From the human T2T-CHM13v2.0 reference genome, Homo sapiens, in the NCBI RefSeq assembly GCF_009914755.1, contig NC_060935.1: a DNA stretch of 64,000 nucleotides. The stretch is one strand, 5' to 3'. A program made the position numbers and the translations under genes. Shown here piece by piece: positions 1-13,981 of this stretch. Numbering within the stretch: position 1 is the first letter of the stretch; the number at the start of each line of letters is the position of its first letter. A model generated the notes under the pieces. The model searched no databases. It saw nothing but the letters and a program-made list of their open reading frames with translations, and was not told the DNA's origin.

Positions 1-251
1 ATTATCTTGTTCTTGTTTGGGTAATTTCCGTTGAGCTGATTTCAAGTTCATGACATTTTCTTCTACACTGTTAAATCTGTTTTTAGGACCATCCAGTGAA
101 TTTTTGATCTTGTCATTTCAGACATTGTACTTTTCAGATCTGGGAATTTCCATTTACTTCTTTTTTAGTTTTCATATATCTGCTGTGATTCTTCATCTCT
201 GTATTCATTATGTGCATTTTCTTCTTTAAGGCCTGGAGCATATTTATAATA

Positions 252-1010
252 CAGTTGACCCTTGAACAACTCAGGTTTTATCTGTGCAGGTCCATTTATA
301 AGTGGATTTTTAAAAATAAAAGTTACAGCAAGTGCACCTGCCTCTCCTGCTCCCCCTTCTACCTCGTCCACTACTTCTACTTCTGTCACCCTTGAGAGAG
401 CAAGACCAACTCTTCCTCTTCCTCTTCCTCCTTCTCCTCAGCTTACTCAACATGAAGACAATGACGATGAAGACCTCTATGATGATCCACTTCCACTTAA
501 TGAATAATCAACATATTTTTTCTTCCTCATGCTTGCCTGCCTGCTTACCTCTCTCCCTCCCTCCCTCCTTCTCTCTTTCTCTTTCTCTCTCTTTCTTTCT
601 TTTGAGATGGAGTCTCACTCTGTCCCCCAGGCTGGAGTGCAGTGGCCCTATCATAGTTCACTGCAGCCTCAAACTCCTGCACTCAAGCTATCCTCCCATC
701 TCAGCCTCCTGACTACAGGTGTGTGCCACCACACCCGACTAATTTCTAAATTTTTTATAGAGATAGGGTCTTGTTATGTTGACCAGGCTGCCTTATGGTT
801 TTCTTAATAACATTTTCTTTTCTCTAGCTTACTTTATTGTAAGAATACAGTGTATAACACGTAAAACTTACAAAATATGTGTTAATCAACTATTTGTTAT
901 TGGTAAGCTTCTGGTCAACAACAGGCAGTTAAGTTTTGAGGGATTCAAAAGTTAAACATGGATTTTTGACTGTATGGGGTGTTGGCACCTCTAACGCTCA
1001 CGTTGTTTTA
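252..1010 (+). mobile_element. Tigger2-derived non-autonomous DNA transposon (Tigger2a/MER28-like)
   Basis: Starts TA|CAGTTGACCCTTGAACAAC (Tigger2 TIR); ORF 262-507 ends [19 protein letters not shown], resembling the Tigger2 transposase C-terminus; right TIR degenerate. Confidence 0.85.
597..790 (-). mobile_element. Truncated AluJ inside Tigger2
   Basis: tttgagatggagtctcactctgtc...ggagtgcagtgg...ctcaagctatcctccc; CT-rich tail upstream. Confidence 0.85.
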
Positions 1011-1584
1011 AAGTCTGCTAAATCATCTGTGTCATCTCTGCGTTTGTTTCTATTAATTACTTTTTCTCTTCTGAGTATGGGTCACATTTTTTCTGCCTCT
1101 TTGAATGTCTAGTAATTTTTCTACTGTACGTTAGACATTGCAAATGCTATGTTGTTTTAGTCTGGATTTTATTGTCTTCCTTTAAAGAATCTTGAGAATT
1201 TTTCTCCCCTTAACAGGCTGTTAATTTATTGGTGAAACAGTTTGATTGAAGATTATTTTCATTCCTTGTTATTGTGGGCCTAGAAGAGCCCTTGTTCTAG
1301 AGCTGCAATGGCAAGAATGCTGCTTTAGGTTGGGTTTGGCTGCCTTGTGCCTCAGTTTAGAAATTTCCCTCAAGTATAAAGCCAGAATGAAGGCGGGGCT
1401 TATTCCCATATGTCTTTCCCCATGAAGGAAAACAGCCCTGTATTTTCTGTTGTCTGATGCCTTCAAAAGTTATTTTAAATATTGCACCCAGTTGAATAGT
1501 TGTTTATGATGAAAGGGTGATCTTAATACTCAGTACAATATGGTTGGAACCAAAATTACTTTGCTTCACATAGTTTTTTTTTTA

Positions 1585-2830
1585 GCTTTTTATTTTGAAA
1601 TAATTTTCAACTGAAAGAAAAGTGGCAGTAAATAGTCCCAAGACTTCCTTACCCAGCTTCCTTTAATGTTAGTATCTCAAGCAGCCAAATATAATTGTCG
1701 AAACTAAGAAATTAACATGGGTTCAACACTATCAACTAAACTACAGACCTGATTCAGGTTTCATAAATTTCATCGCTATGTCCTTTTCCCGTTCCAGGAT
1801 CCAGTCCAGGACATCATATTGTATTTACTTGTCATATCCTCCTAGCCTCCTCAGTCTGAGACACTTCCTCAGCCTTGTCTTATCTTTCGTGACTTTGACG
1901 CTTTTGAAGAGTGATGGTAAGTTATTTAGCAGAATTTTCCTCAATTTGGGTTTATCTGATGTTATCTCATGATAAGGTGGAGGTTATGCATTTTTGCAAG
2001 AATACCCTAGAAGCAATGCCCATGTCACTGTATCTCATTAGTGGCAAAGTTAACCTAGATCACTTGGTTAAGGTGGTGTCTTCCTTACTACTTTTCCTGT
2101 TGTAATTAATAACTTTAGGAGCAATACTTTCAGACTATGCAAATATCCTCTTTCTCCTCAAACTTGTACCCACTAATTTTAGCCTCAACCAGCAGATATT
2201 ACCTGTAACAATTATTGAGAAGTGAGGCCAGCTGGACTTTCTGGGTCGAGTGGGGACTTAGGGAACTTTCCTGTCTTAAAAGAGGATTGTAAAATGCACC
2301 AATTAGCCCTCTGTAAAACGCACCAGTCAGCGCTCTGTAAAACTCACCAGTCAGCGCTCTGTAAAACACACCAATCAGTGCTCTGCAAAATGCACCAATC
2401 AGCAGGATTCTAAAAGTAGCCAATCACTGGGAGGACTGAAAAAAGGGCATTCTGATAGGACAGAAACAGAACATGGGCGGGGCCAATAGGGAAATAAAAG
2501 CTGGCCACCTCAGCCAGCAGGGGCAACTCACTCGGGTCCCCTTGGATGTGGTGGAAGCTTTGTCCTTTTGCTCTTCACAATAAACCTTGCTGCTACTTAC
2601 TCTTTGGGTCCGGGACATCTTTAAGAGCTGTAGCACCCACCACGAAGGTCTGCTGCTTCATTCTTGAAGTCAGCGAGACCACGAACCCACCAGCGGGAAC
2701 CAACTCTGGACACATTATGACTGTGATGACTTTGTTGTTCTAATGGTGATTTTCTATTTTCCAAATTCTTTCTACATTTATTAATTGGATTCTTTGGTAA
2801 GGAAGAGCTGTCGCTTCTTCTCATTTATCC
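1585..2830 (-). mobile_element. L1MC-type 3' end, interrupted by LTR12
   Basis: ttccaggatccagtccaggac...gtgactttgacgcttttgaagagt, typical antisense L1MC4/5 3' UTR; resumes after 2718. Confidence 0.7.
2216..2714 (+). mobile_element. Solo LTR12 (HERV9 LTR, LTR12F-like)
   Basis: TG...CA termini, 4-bp TSD TTAT (2212-2215, 2715-2718), tandem tgtaaaa-caccaatcagc repeats, AATAAA near 2579, characteristic end gaagtcagcgagaccacgaacccacc...ggacaca. Confidence 0.93.
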
Positions 2831-3244
2831 CTTTACTCCCCAGTTCTAAGGTACCAGATCCATTTCTTCCCATGCAGCAGGGGAGGCTTTTGTATTATAC
2901 GAACTTGCAGTTCTTGTCTTTTCTACAGACTGGCCCACGGGTCACCCACAGCGACACACCTTCAGGCTTCCTACACAAATCCTCCGATGTTCTCACGGTG
3001 TAAAAGCTGAGACTGTGATCACAAGTACAATTTTGTTTAATCTGAGAGAATGTTTTCTTCTTTAAAAAATATACACACAAGGGGATGGGGTAATACCAGG
3101 AAGAAAAAATAGCCACGTGTAGTTTTGGAGGAAAATGTGAGCTCTACCTCTGAGCTGGACTCCATGTTGCCCTCTGGAGAGGATCCTGTTTACAGTGCGT
3201 CTCTCCTGCTTCTGGCCCCACCCCGCTTCAAGTCTTGTTTGTTG

Positions 3245-4066
<822 letters not shown>

Positions 4067-4699
4067 TGTCCTTCCTGAGCCACTCTCACTCTAAACCCAG
4101 ATCCCGCAACACCTCCAGCAGATCCCCAGGACTCTTGGGATGCAGTGCACGGAGCATTCGCTTGGTCCAGCCCATTATAGGAGGGATGACACCAAGAGGG
4201 ATCAGGTGACCTGCCCAAAGGGAGGCAGCAAGGTACAGGCATATTGTGGGGCTAGAACCCTGGACTCCAGCTTCCTAGTCGAGTGCTTTTTCCAGGACCC
4301 TTTCTGCTTTTACTTTGACAACTTCTTCCCCAGAGCTCAGCTCTCACTCCTCAGACCAAGTAGCTCCAAATCCTTGGGCTCACCTGCACAGACCCAAGGC
4401 TGACCTTGGCAATCCAGAACTCCTGCCCATCTGGGACAGGTGTCAAAAACGAGGGCTCCTCTTGCTTCACCTGGATAGTGGCCACCTCTACCTCTCTCTC
4501 ATCTTTCTCCTGCAGGAAACGGCCGTGGTCCTGCCAGCCCCCGCTTTTGGAGGGGCCTCCGACACTCTGGGCAAACCTAGTTTCTGAGGACTCATTGCCC
4601 CAGAAGCATTGGCTAAGTGAAAGATTAATGAACAGAGGTTCATAGGATCTGGAAAGGCTTCTAACTGGAATGATCTGAAACTAAAAATTAATGACAATG

Positions 4700-4862
4700 G
4701 CAGCCGCAATGTAATAGCTGTGTGGTTTATTGAGGTCTTACTGCATCCCCGATGGAGCTGAGTGTGTCTCATGCTGTGTGTCATTTCATGCATGCAACAA
4801 CTGTATGATACAACTACTATTATCCCTGTTTTACGGGGAAGAAACTCAGAGAAATGCAGAAA
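4700..4862 (-). mobile_element. MIR fragment
   Basis: tactattatccctgttttacggggaagaaactcagag core. Confidence 0.6.
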
Positions 4863-5499
4863 TTGTCCATCATCACACTGGATCACCCCCTTGGAGAAGC
4901 TTCCCTGACCACCCTAGCAAGGACACAAGCCCCACCACTGCCTGCCCCTGAGCACTGGTCACATTGGACATCTCACCCACGCATTGGTTTACTGTCCGGC
5001 TTTCCCTTGTGGGACACACAGCCACATGAGCCCAGTCTGTCCCGCTCACAGCTGTATCCAAGGCCTGGAGCATGGCAACAGGCAAACAGAGACCCGTGGA
5101 GGGAATGGTCGGGGAATATTGGGGTTGTAAGAATGGCCCTCGTGGAGGGGAGCAAGGTGTCAATCAGCTGATGACATAGTGCATATTTGATGACCCCTTG
5201 GTGGGTGCAGGTTGCTGGGGACCTGGTGCTATCGAAGATTACAGATGGGCTGGCAGGGGCCCTTTCTCTCTTATGGAATCAAGCACGGCCCGCAAAGGTT
5301 GCTACTGAGCCGGCCTGCAGTGGCCCCGACCAAGCAGTGGCCCCGGCTGCAGCCAGGGCCTTTGGAAACCTCATCAAAATGAAGAGTGGCCTCGTGCGTG
5401 CTGACCGGGGGGCTGGTGGCCCACGGAGACGGCATTCCCAGAGACTACAAGGAGCCGGTGGCCCTTTCTTCAACCGCCAAACAACAGCCAATCTCGGCC

Positions 5500-5770
5500 C
5501 CACAAAGACGGGCACATGAATCACTTCTGCAGAGACTGCATTTCCTTTGAGGGGCTGTCACTGGCACCGGGCGGTAAGAAAACATTTTGTCATGCACATC
5601 AGCTGCCTTTCTCTGGGCCTTGGGTGGCCCAGGGCCACTCCCCCACCCAAGGGGACGGCTGTCCCGGTCAGTGCTCATCCATCAAGCTCATAATGAGGTG
5701 GCAAATTGCTGTCTTGGAGAGACACTCAAAAGCCAACTACTTCAGCCTGTCCATGGAGGTGTCAACGGCC
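5500..5770. promoter_or_regulatory. Candidate enhancer (PBX-HOX plus MEIS motifs)
   Basis: Unique sequence; CTGTCA 5555-5560, ATCCATCA (TGATGGAT on minus) 5677-5684, TAATG nearby. Confidence 0.3.
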
Positions 5771-6091
5771 GGGCCCCAGGAGATAGCTCCCTCCAGGAGG
5801 CCTTCTATGGGGGCAGAGGTGGGAGTTTTACTGATCACTAAAGAAGTTGCAGCACCCACCAGCAACTCCCTGGTCCCCTGGGGGTCAGGCTGCCCTGGCC
5901 CCACTTACTGCCCATTGCAGCCAGAGGCTGACATCTGTCCCCACCCCTGGGATCCCCATAACCCTGAATCCTTGTTGGCTTCAGAGTCAGCTGAGAAGAC
6001 CTCCTCTTCCTCCTCCCCCAAGTTCCAGGCCTCAGGGACAGCCAAGGAGAGCAGCAGCAGCGCCTTCCCTGGCCTTTGACCTGAAGACATC

Positions 6092-6092
6092 T

Positions 6093-6124
<32 letters not shown>

Positions 6125-6128
6125 GGCT
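6092..6128. repeat. Compound (GAT)n(GGT)n microsatellite
   Basis: Directly visible. Confidence 0.9.
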
Positions 6129-7210
6129 ACAGGGTGGGCAGCAGCTTCCTTCACTCATAACTGAGGCTTCCACACTCTATTAGCCCTCATGACCACCCAG
6201 GAGGGATGTAGACCTGTGCCCCCATTTCACAGATAAGAAAGGGAGAGGTCATGTGAGCTCCCCACATCACCGCACCAGTGGGAGAGCCAGCCCACTCCAG
6301 AGCCCAGGCAGCCGCACACTCGCTCTCAGACAACACCCACCCAGGCCACGAAGAGACCAGTGTCCCGCCAGACCACTCGCTCCCCAGCCCTGACCCTCGG
6401 GGACTCACTTCCCTGCTCGTCTGTGTGGTGTGACCGCCCACCTGTGTCCCCCAGCAGGTTCATTTGGGCTCTTTGCAGCTCTCTGTACGTGGGATCCCGC
6501 TGGATGTGCTCCTCTGTGGCCGCTCTGTGGCTTCTCTCCATCCAGGCCATTCGGGAAGGTCTATCTGAGCTGCCGCGTGGTTTGACACTTTACTAGGCCC
6601 ACTGCTGTGTCATATGTCCCAGCATGGATGCTTCCAAGTCCACGGCCCTGTCATTTCTCAAGGCCAGGAAGGGCTCCCAGCTCTGAGGCCCAGGCACTGG
6701 TGAGCACCTGCTGCAGTTGGGCCTTCTGAGCCCCCAAGAGCCCCCTGAGGCTTCCTCCTTCCCCAGTGAGGTTTGGTGGGGTGGGGTGGGGCACAGAGAG
6801 GTGCAGCCACGGCAGGACAGCCTCTGGGACCCACCCAATGCAGCGCCCTGCCTTTGCACACGCGGAAACCCTTTGGCCCTCAAAGAAGCAGCTTCCATCC
6901 TGGCTCCCTCCGGCTTCCAGGCCCTCACTGCGGCTTTGGACCTGGGTTCACAGGGCAGGTGGGTGCAGAGGGCCTCCCGCCACCTGCAGAGCCACAAGTA
7001 GCCGCACACGGCCGGGGCCTCAAGTGTCCACCTTGATTTAGGTCAATGCTGCCTTCTTTCCCCCACCCCTCCTTTCATCCCACCACCCCCTTAAATGGTG
7101 GGCCAGGCTATGGTGCCCTGGAGGCCACTGTTCCTTTTGCTCCAAGTTTTCAGCTCTGTGGGCTGTGGGGCAGGTGACTCAGGCCAAGCAGATGCGTTGC
7201 ATCCTGCTGG

Positions 7211-7400
7211 GAAAACTCGATTTTGTAGACATTTGCCAGGATTGCCACTGAACATTTGGGGGGGTGGGGTGGGTGCAGTGGGGGACAGAAATGGCAGGAG
7301 TAGGGGCCGTGCAGTGGCCAGGCTGTGGGGGAGGAAAGGCAGGGAGCACGGTGGCCTCTGCCACCTCTAGGAATGGGCAGAGAGCCCCAGGGAGGCCCCT
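7211..7400 (+). repeat. Local direct duplication, copy A (partner 8698-8885)
   Basis: Shares tagacatttgccagga, agaaatggcaggagtagggg, ggagcacggtggcctctg, gccccagggaggcccct in the same order. Confidence 0.9.
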
Positions 7401-8697
7401 TTGACCTGCAGTGTGACCTCGGGAAGGCCCCTCCGCATCTCTGGTCTTGGGTGAAATCATTGAAAATACAAGGAAATAGAGAGAAGGCCATGCTAGGTGC
7501 GTTCTGAGGGCTGGAGGTGCCGTGGGACCCATCCACGTGGTCTCTCCTTCCCTGAGCTCACACCACAGGGAGGGAGGGAACCAGTGCCCAGTCTGGTTTC
7601 TGGGGAGGGGAGAAGCGAGAGGAAGAAAGTAAAGCAGAGGTGAGCAGGAGGCAGCTGGAGCAGCGTAGGAGGGGGACGTGGAAGCAGCGTTAGGGCGGGA
7701 GGGTGACCTCTGAGCAGAGGGTGGAGAAGAGCCCAGCCATGCCCGGGAGTGGGGATGCAGGAGAGACTGTAGGCAGAGGCAGCTGCTGGAGGTGAAGCCC
7801 AGGGCTGGCTGGGCACCTTCCCATGGTGGAGACCGAGCTCGTGCCCAGCACAGAATGGTGGATGGGGTGATGGGGGGAGGCTCAGCCAGGAGGGTCCCTG
7901 GGACTGCAGAGGCAGCCGCTGGGGCATGGATGTGAGTGGGTGGCGGGTGCACAGGGACTGAAAAGAGCCTGGCCTTTGGGGGTCAGAGCCCCGGGTTGGC
8001 ATCCGTTTCCTCTCTCACTGGGGTGGAGATACTGGCAAGGACGGGGTGATGGCCTGAGCTCTGGACATCAGGAGCAAGGTGCTGTCAGCCCAGAGAGGGG
8101 TGGCTTCCTACTCACGGTCACACAGCCGGTGAGTCACAAAGCTGGGTTCTCAGCCCCTCTCTTTGGCTTGGGCCCAGTCATGAGACAGCTGTGGGAGCCC
8201 CGCATACAACAGGCTCCCGTGGAGGGAGAACCCAAGGCACCCGACAAGGTGGGCGTATTGAAGAGAAGAAACCAGGGGCCAGAACCGACTCAAGCCTCCG
8301 TCCTGAGAGCAGCACCCTGGAGTGGAATCCCACGGGCCTGCAAGAGACAAGCCGGGCCGTGCTTCCTGCCAGCACCTGGCCTGCTGCAGCCCACCTTTCT
8401 GTCCACCTGCGGGGCTCGACTCCACCACAGCCACCTCCTCCAGGAAGTCTGCCCAGATCCCCCCTCCCCTGCTGGTGTCCCAGTAAGCTCCTGCTGTTTA
8501 CCTGCCCATCTCCCCTGCTGGCCCACAACTCTCGGTGTTTTATCTCCATTTCCCTTTGGCTGCACCCAGGAGATGTGACTTCGAACTAAGTAAGTGGATG
8601 TGTGGAAGGCGGGGGTGTCACAAAAGGGCTCACCCCAGGATCCCTGAGGTCAACCCTGACCCCCTGATTCTTATGTTTACCATGAGAACTGACCCCT

Positions 8698-8885
8698 GAA
8701 AACTCTATTTCCTAGACATTTGCCAGGACTGCCACTGAGCATGCAATGGCGGGTGGGGGCGGAGGTGCAGCAGGAGAAATGGCAGGAGTAGGGGCTTGCA
8801 GTGGCCAGGCTGTGGGGGAGGAAAAGCATGGAGCACGGTGGCCTCTGGCACCTCTGGGAACAGGCAATGCCCCAGGGAGGCCCCT
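8698..8885 (+). repeat. Local direct duplication, copy B (partner 7211-7400)
   Basis: Colinear with copy A, roughly 80% identity by eye. Confidence 0.9.
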
Positions 8886-9284
8886 CACCCCATGCTCACA
8901 ATTCCATCTGCAGCTCAAAGGCTCAACGCATCATGTGATCACAAGCTTGACCTCCTCCTCTTTGTGCCTCAGTTTCTCCATCTGGAAAAACGGGTAGCTT
9001 TTGCCAGTCTTTCCGAGCTTCAGAATTCCAAGGGCAGAATTTCAGAAAGATGGCCACCAGAGGCTCCTTGGGGCCTACATATGTCCTTGTGCTTCTTTAG
9101 CTTAACATTCTGACAGTTCTCAAACTCCTCTGCTCACTTAAAGGGCCTTTCTGGAGTGTGTCGTGGTCTATCAGCTTTTTTCCACCCTTAGTGGAGTATA
9201 AAATAATGTTGTATCTTACAACAATTGGTGATACCTTATATTCTATAAAATATGGTGATGCCAACCGTTTCCCATTTCTAATAG

Positions 9285-9400
9285 TGCCTTATCTTCATTT
9301 AATCCTAGCAACAACCCCAGGAGGTAGTTACTATTATTATCCCATTTTACAGAGAAGGATAAGAGAAGTCAACGCCTCACCTAAGGCCACACAGCAATTT
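9285..9400 (-). mobile_element. MIR fragment
   Basis: catttaatcctagcaacaacccc...tattatcccattttacagaga. Confidence 0.7.
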
Positions 9401-9609
9401 ACCCACGGAGACTGGACAGTGTCAGACAGCCTGGGCAAGGTGCTGGGGCAGCCTCCTGGGATGTCGAGGTTTTCACAGGGCCTTAATGAATGGTGCAGTT
9501 TCTGGTGGAAAGACATTTGCTCCCTGTGACATTCTGGACAGAAGCGTGGCTTAGCAACAGTGCAGAGGCAGGACAAGGGAGACATTTAGGAGCCAGGGAG
9601 GCTCTCGGT

Positions 9610-10180
9610 GGGCTGAAGCTTAAACGGAATGTCTGGAGTTTTGATCATCAGGGGTGTTAGGCCCAGATTGTACAGGGCTTTGAATCCCTGTGCAAGAAAG
9701 AGGTCCTTTGGGAGGCAATAGGGAGCCATTGAAGGCTTTAGAGTAGGAGCATTGCAAGGCTGGAGCAATGTCTGCATAGCCTCTATGCATTCAGCCTAAA
9801 ACCAAGCTCCTTTGGCCGGCATGCAAGGCCTGCTACAACCAGGCCTTTGTCAGTCACCCCACCAGTGCCCTCCACCCCATGCCTTCCCCCACACACTGCT
9901 TTAGCCACACTGACACTTTCTCTGTTCCTGAGCTGACAAATGTGTTCTTCCCACAGGTCTCCCCAGGCTCAATGTCCCTCGCCTTCGCCTCCCACCATCG
10001 CCCAGCTTCACTGTCTTTAACACACCGACCACAATCCGAAACCATCCTGTTGTCTGTGTCGTCATTACCTGCCTCTCACCAAGCACAGATTCACTCAGGA
10101 TGGGGCTATCCTGTTCACCAGTCTATGCACAGCGCATGCCACAGAGAGGGCTTTGAAATGAGTCAATCAATCAACGGATG
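9610..10180. mobile_element. L2 fragments in both orientations
   Basis: ggcaatagggagccattgaagg (antisense L2), then a sense L2 3' region ending in a degenerate tail. Confidence 0.55.
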
Positions 10181-11329
10181 GGCTTATTCCTCCCACAGGG
10201 CATGTGTGTGTCTATTTTATGATCACGTGGGTAGCAGCTGGCTGCGAAGGGGATGAGCTTGGACATCCCACCACCGTTTTCTTCCCTCTGCTTGTTCCTG
10301 CTGCCACAGCCCATGGGGTCAGATGATCAGGTGTGGTCCTAGCCAGGTCCCGAGCGTGTCTGAGTAACAGGGAGCGAGGAATAGATCAACACAGGCTTAG
10401 CCACAGGCGGCTGTACCAGGCATTCACGTTCGGCCCCCTTCCCCATTCTGATGCTCCATCAGCATTTCCATGGCAGGGAAGCAGAGGCTGAGAGGAGATG
10501 TTTCCTGAGCTTTTCTAAGCACTGAGCACGGGCTGAGGCCTTGCCCTGTGTAACACTTTGGCCTTTTCCGTGGTTCCTCGCAACAGCCTTGTGCTGCAGC
10601 AGTGGCTGGTGGTTTCATGAGTTCCATTTATCGGATGAGACTCAGCGAGACCTCAAGGCTTGTCCTCAGCCGCCAGGCCAGGGACTCAGCTGGATGGCAT
10701 CCGGGCCAGTGACTCCCACTGGCTCTTTGCCCGGGCCCCACTGCTCCAGCTGCCCCATGCGTGACCTGGTCCCAAAACCTTGTCCAGCCTGGTGTGTAAA
10801 CAGGCTTCCCTCACGGCTGAGGCCAGTTTGATGTGCCTGGCACAGGGCCTGACACCAGCATGTGCTCCGCCAGCAGCAGCGTGGTGACATCATCATCGTC
10901 ATCGTCACCATCCTCAACTGGGGAGTTTGCATCTGACTCAAAGTCGAACTCGCCCTCTGGAAGCGGGAGCTGTTTACGGGGAACAGAAGAGCAAAGCCCA
11001 GGTCCTGAGCTGCCACCCCTTGTATGGGGACAGGGACCCAGGCCCTTGTGGGCACCCAGGGAGTCTCTGGCCCACCCCACTCATGGGGGCCGTGCACCTT
11101 TGGAATCCCTTGTGCCTTGCCCCTTCTTCCGTCCACCGGCAGAGCTAGGTCCCACATAAAAAAGGGCTTGAGGTGGGCGAGCGCCTGCCTTTGTCATCCA
11201 GTGCCATTAAGGCCGGAATTTCTCATGGGAAAAGGAGCATTTTGGCTGCATGAAAGGTGGGGGGGTGCAGCACGGCCTGGGTTCCAGGGACGCCCGACCT
11301 GGAGCCGTTTGAAGTCCACCCGTTATCTG

Positions 11330-11760
11330 CCGCTGGGGCTGTTTGGCTTCTGTGGGGGCATAAACAGGGTGATTGAAGTAGGCGGTTGTGTCTTTCCGGA
11401 CGACAAAAGTCCCCTTGCTAATTGCCACATCAAATGATCGGGAACCCCCCAGTGGAAGCCCTCAAATTACCGTGAATACTCACTGCTGCCTCAAGGCCGC
11501 CGCGGAGCCCCCACCCCGGGCAGCCGCCCCGCGCACCAGCTCGGGTTGCACGCGGGGGAGGCACAGGAAGGCCTCCGAGGATTTGTTCTGCTTGGCTGCC
11601 GGCTCGCTATGCCAGCCCCCAGCCCGGCCGCAGCCCCCTTTGTCTCTGGCCGCCAGAGCCAGCACACAGGCCAGCCGCACGAAGTCCCCCGCGGTAGAGG
11701 GAGGTCTTCTCTCTGTGGCCACGCTTCGGGACAGGGTCCCCGCTCAGCCCCAGCCTCCGC
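11330..11760. promoter_or_regulatory. CpG-rich unique patch, candidate regulatory element
   Basis: Dense CpG at 11490-11760 (gccgccgcgg, gccgccccgcgc, ccccgcgg) preceded by a TAATTG and ATCAAA block. Confidence 0.35.
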
Positions 11761-12769
11761 ACCTTCAAGGAAACTATCACAGAGCTGAGGTCACCTTGTG
11801 CCCATACACACCAAAAGCATCCAAGCACACAGTTTCTTTGGTCTCTTTGTTGTCCCTGCCTGGTGGGAAGACGTGGACACCCACTGGTCAGCACCCCTCA
11901 CTGTCCCACGCCTGTAACAGGCACCCAGTGGGCCCGGCTCCTTTATCAATCCGGGGATGCACTTCTCTGCGCGCTCCCCGTGCTGGCCGAACCCTTCACA
12001 CCTGTTGCCTTGTTCAACTCCATCAGTCATTACCCCATTTAATAGAGGAAAAACTGAGCCTTGGGGAGGTCAAGTGTCTCACCCCAGGACCCCAGGACAT
12101 GCTCCCCACCTGTGCTCTCTGGTTGCTCTTGGGCAGGCAGGGGAGAGACCCTGGTCACTCAGTGGTGAAAACTAATCCTGCCCTACCACCACCTGGGTGA
12201 TTTCAGGGTTGTGCGGCCACTGCTCCTGAGGAGCACACGGCCCCCAGTGGCCCTGTCCCAGGCTGGCCACCTCCTGAGGCCTAGCATAGATTACCCACTG
12301 GGGTGGCCCTGACTACCCCCAGGCCAGCTTCATACCCACCTGGCATCCAATGACAGGCAACACCTGCCTCAGTCCTCACTCACCAACTCTCAGCATGATG
12401 GGAGATGATAAAACGACAGAAATGGGTACGATGGGATCCCTGGAGCACAGGACACGAAACAGAGCCACCCGGCCCCTCTGAAGGAGAGCAGGTGTTAGCC
12501 AGGTCAGGGGTGGAGGGAGGAAGGCCAGGAAGCCAGGGTGTGCCAAGGTGCCATGGCAGCAGAGTGGGGCCTGCAGCCGCAGAGGATGGGGACGAGGCTG
12601 TGAATGGGCTACAGCAGCGGTGGCATTTTCTGCCTCCAGCAGACGTTTTCTGAGTAGCCGCTCATGCAGGTGGCCTCTGCCGTGCCCTGGCTGGCCTGGG
12701 CTGCCTGGGGAGGAACACATGGGGGGCCCTCATGCTGCCTGTCAGCAGTCGGAGCAAGGCAGGGACAAT

Positions 12770-12925
12770 CTCTGGGTGCCTCAGTTTTCTCATATGTAGA
12801 AATACACATAATAATAGGAGTCATCTCGCAGAATTGTTTTAGAGAATCAGTGACTTCATTGACACACACGGCGCAGCAGGGCCTATCACACAGCAAGTGC
12901 TCAATAAATGTTAAATATTATTACT
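12770..12925 (+). mobile_element. MIR
   Basis: cctcagttttctcatatgtagaaat...agtgctcaataaatgttaaatattatt. Confidence 0.75.
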
Positions 12926-12989
12926 CTATACAATACAAAAACAATCAATGCGCTAGAATCAAAGGAATGCCCACTACAACCACATTTTT

Positions 12990-13270
12990 TTGCCAAAGGG
13001 TACAAAGTTTTAGTTACATAGAATAAATTCTGGAGGTCTTTGTACAGCATGGTGACTGTACAAAGTTAGTTAATAATAACGTGTCATATAATTGAAAATC
13101 ACCACACTCACAAGTGATAACTTGAGACGATGGGGATGTTAATCAGCTAGATTGTGGCAATCTTTCCATGATGTATACATGTATCAAAACATCACACTGT
13201 GCGTCATAAATATGGACAATTTGTACTCATCAATTATGTGTCAGTAAAAAAATGCAGAAAAAAAAAAAGA
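12990..13270 (+). mobile_element. L1MA-type 3' end
   Basis: aaagggtacaaagttttagtta...gtacagcatggtgact...tatcaaaacatcacactgt, A-tail. Confidence 0.8.
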
Positions 13271-13290
13271 GCTTTAAACCACTACATTTT

Positions 13291-13618
<328 letters not shown>

Positions 13619-13981
13619 GCCACTACATTTTTTTGCCTCCCTAAATGACAGATATTTTTTGAAAAATCATAATGTCCAGAATTAGCAAAAAATCAGGGAA
13701 ACAGGCTCTCTCATGTGCTGCTTCTTAGAGGCAGTGAAATAAATGAAACAACGTTTACCTTTTATTTGCAAAGCCTCCTTTATATATAATTGGCTGTTTA
13801 AAGCCAAGGTCAGAGTAGAGTGTTCTGGAGTTTGTAAAATCTGTGGAAGGAAATAGATGACAACTATTGCACAAAAGCTGAGAGAGTAAATATGTTACAT
13901 AATTCTCCCGCCATGTGTGAAACTGCACGGCATTCTGGAATGGTAGATGGTAACACAGAAACTTCAAAGCAAATGCTAAAT

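Larger units (their letters stand above)
1..1560 (-). mobile_element. Old L1 (L1M/L1ME) 5'/ORF1-region fragment, interrupted by Tigger2
   Basis: T-rich antisense L1M-like text (ccatccagtgaattttt, cattgtacttttcagatct, atcatctgtgtcatctctg) on both sides of the Tigger insertion. Confidence 0.65.

Noticed and set aside
262-507. ORF with acidic C-terminus
   Set aside because: Remnant of the Tigger2 transposase tail in an internally deleted element, not a gene.
5838-6173. ORF with a poly-His run
   Set aside because: Reverse translation of the (GAT)(GGT) microsatellite beside a MIR.
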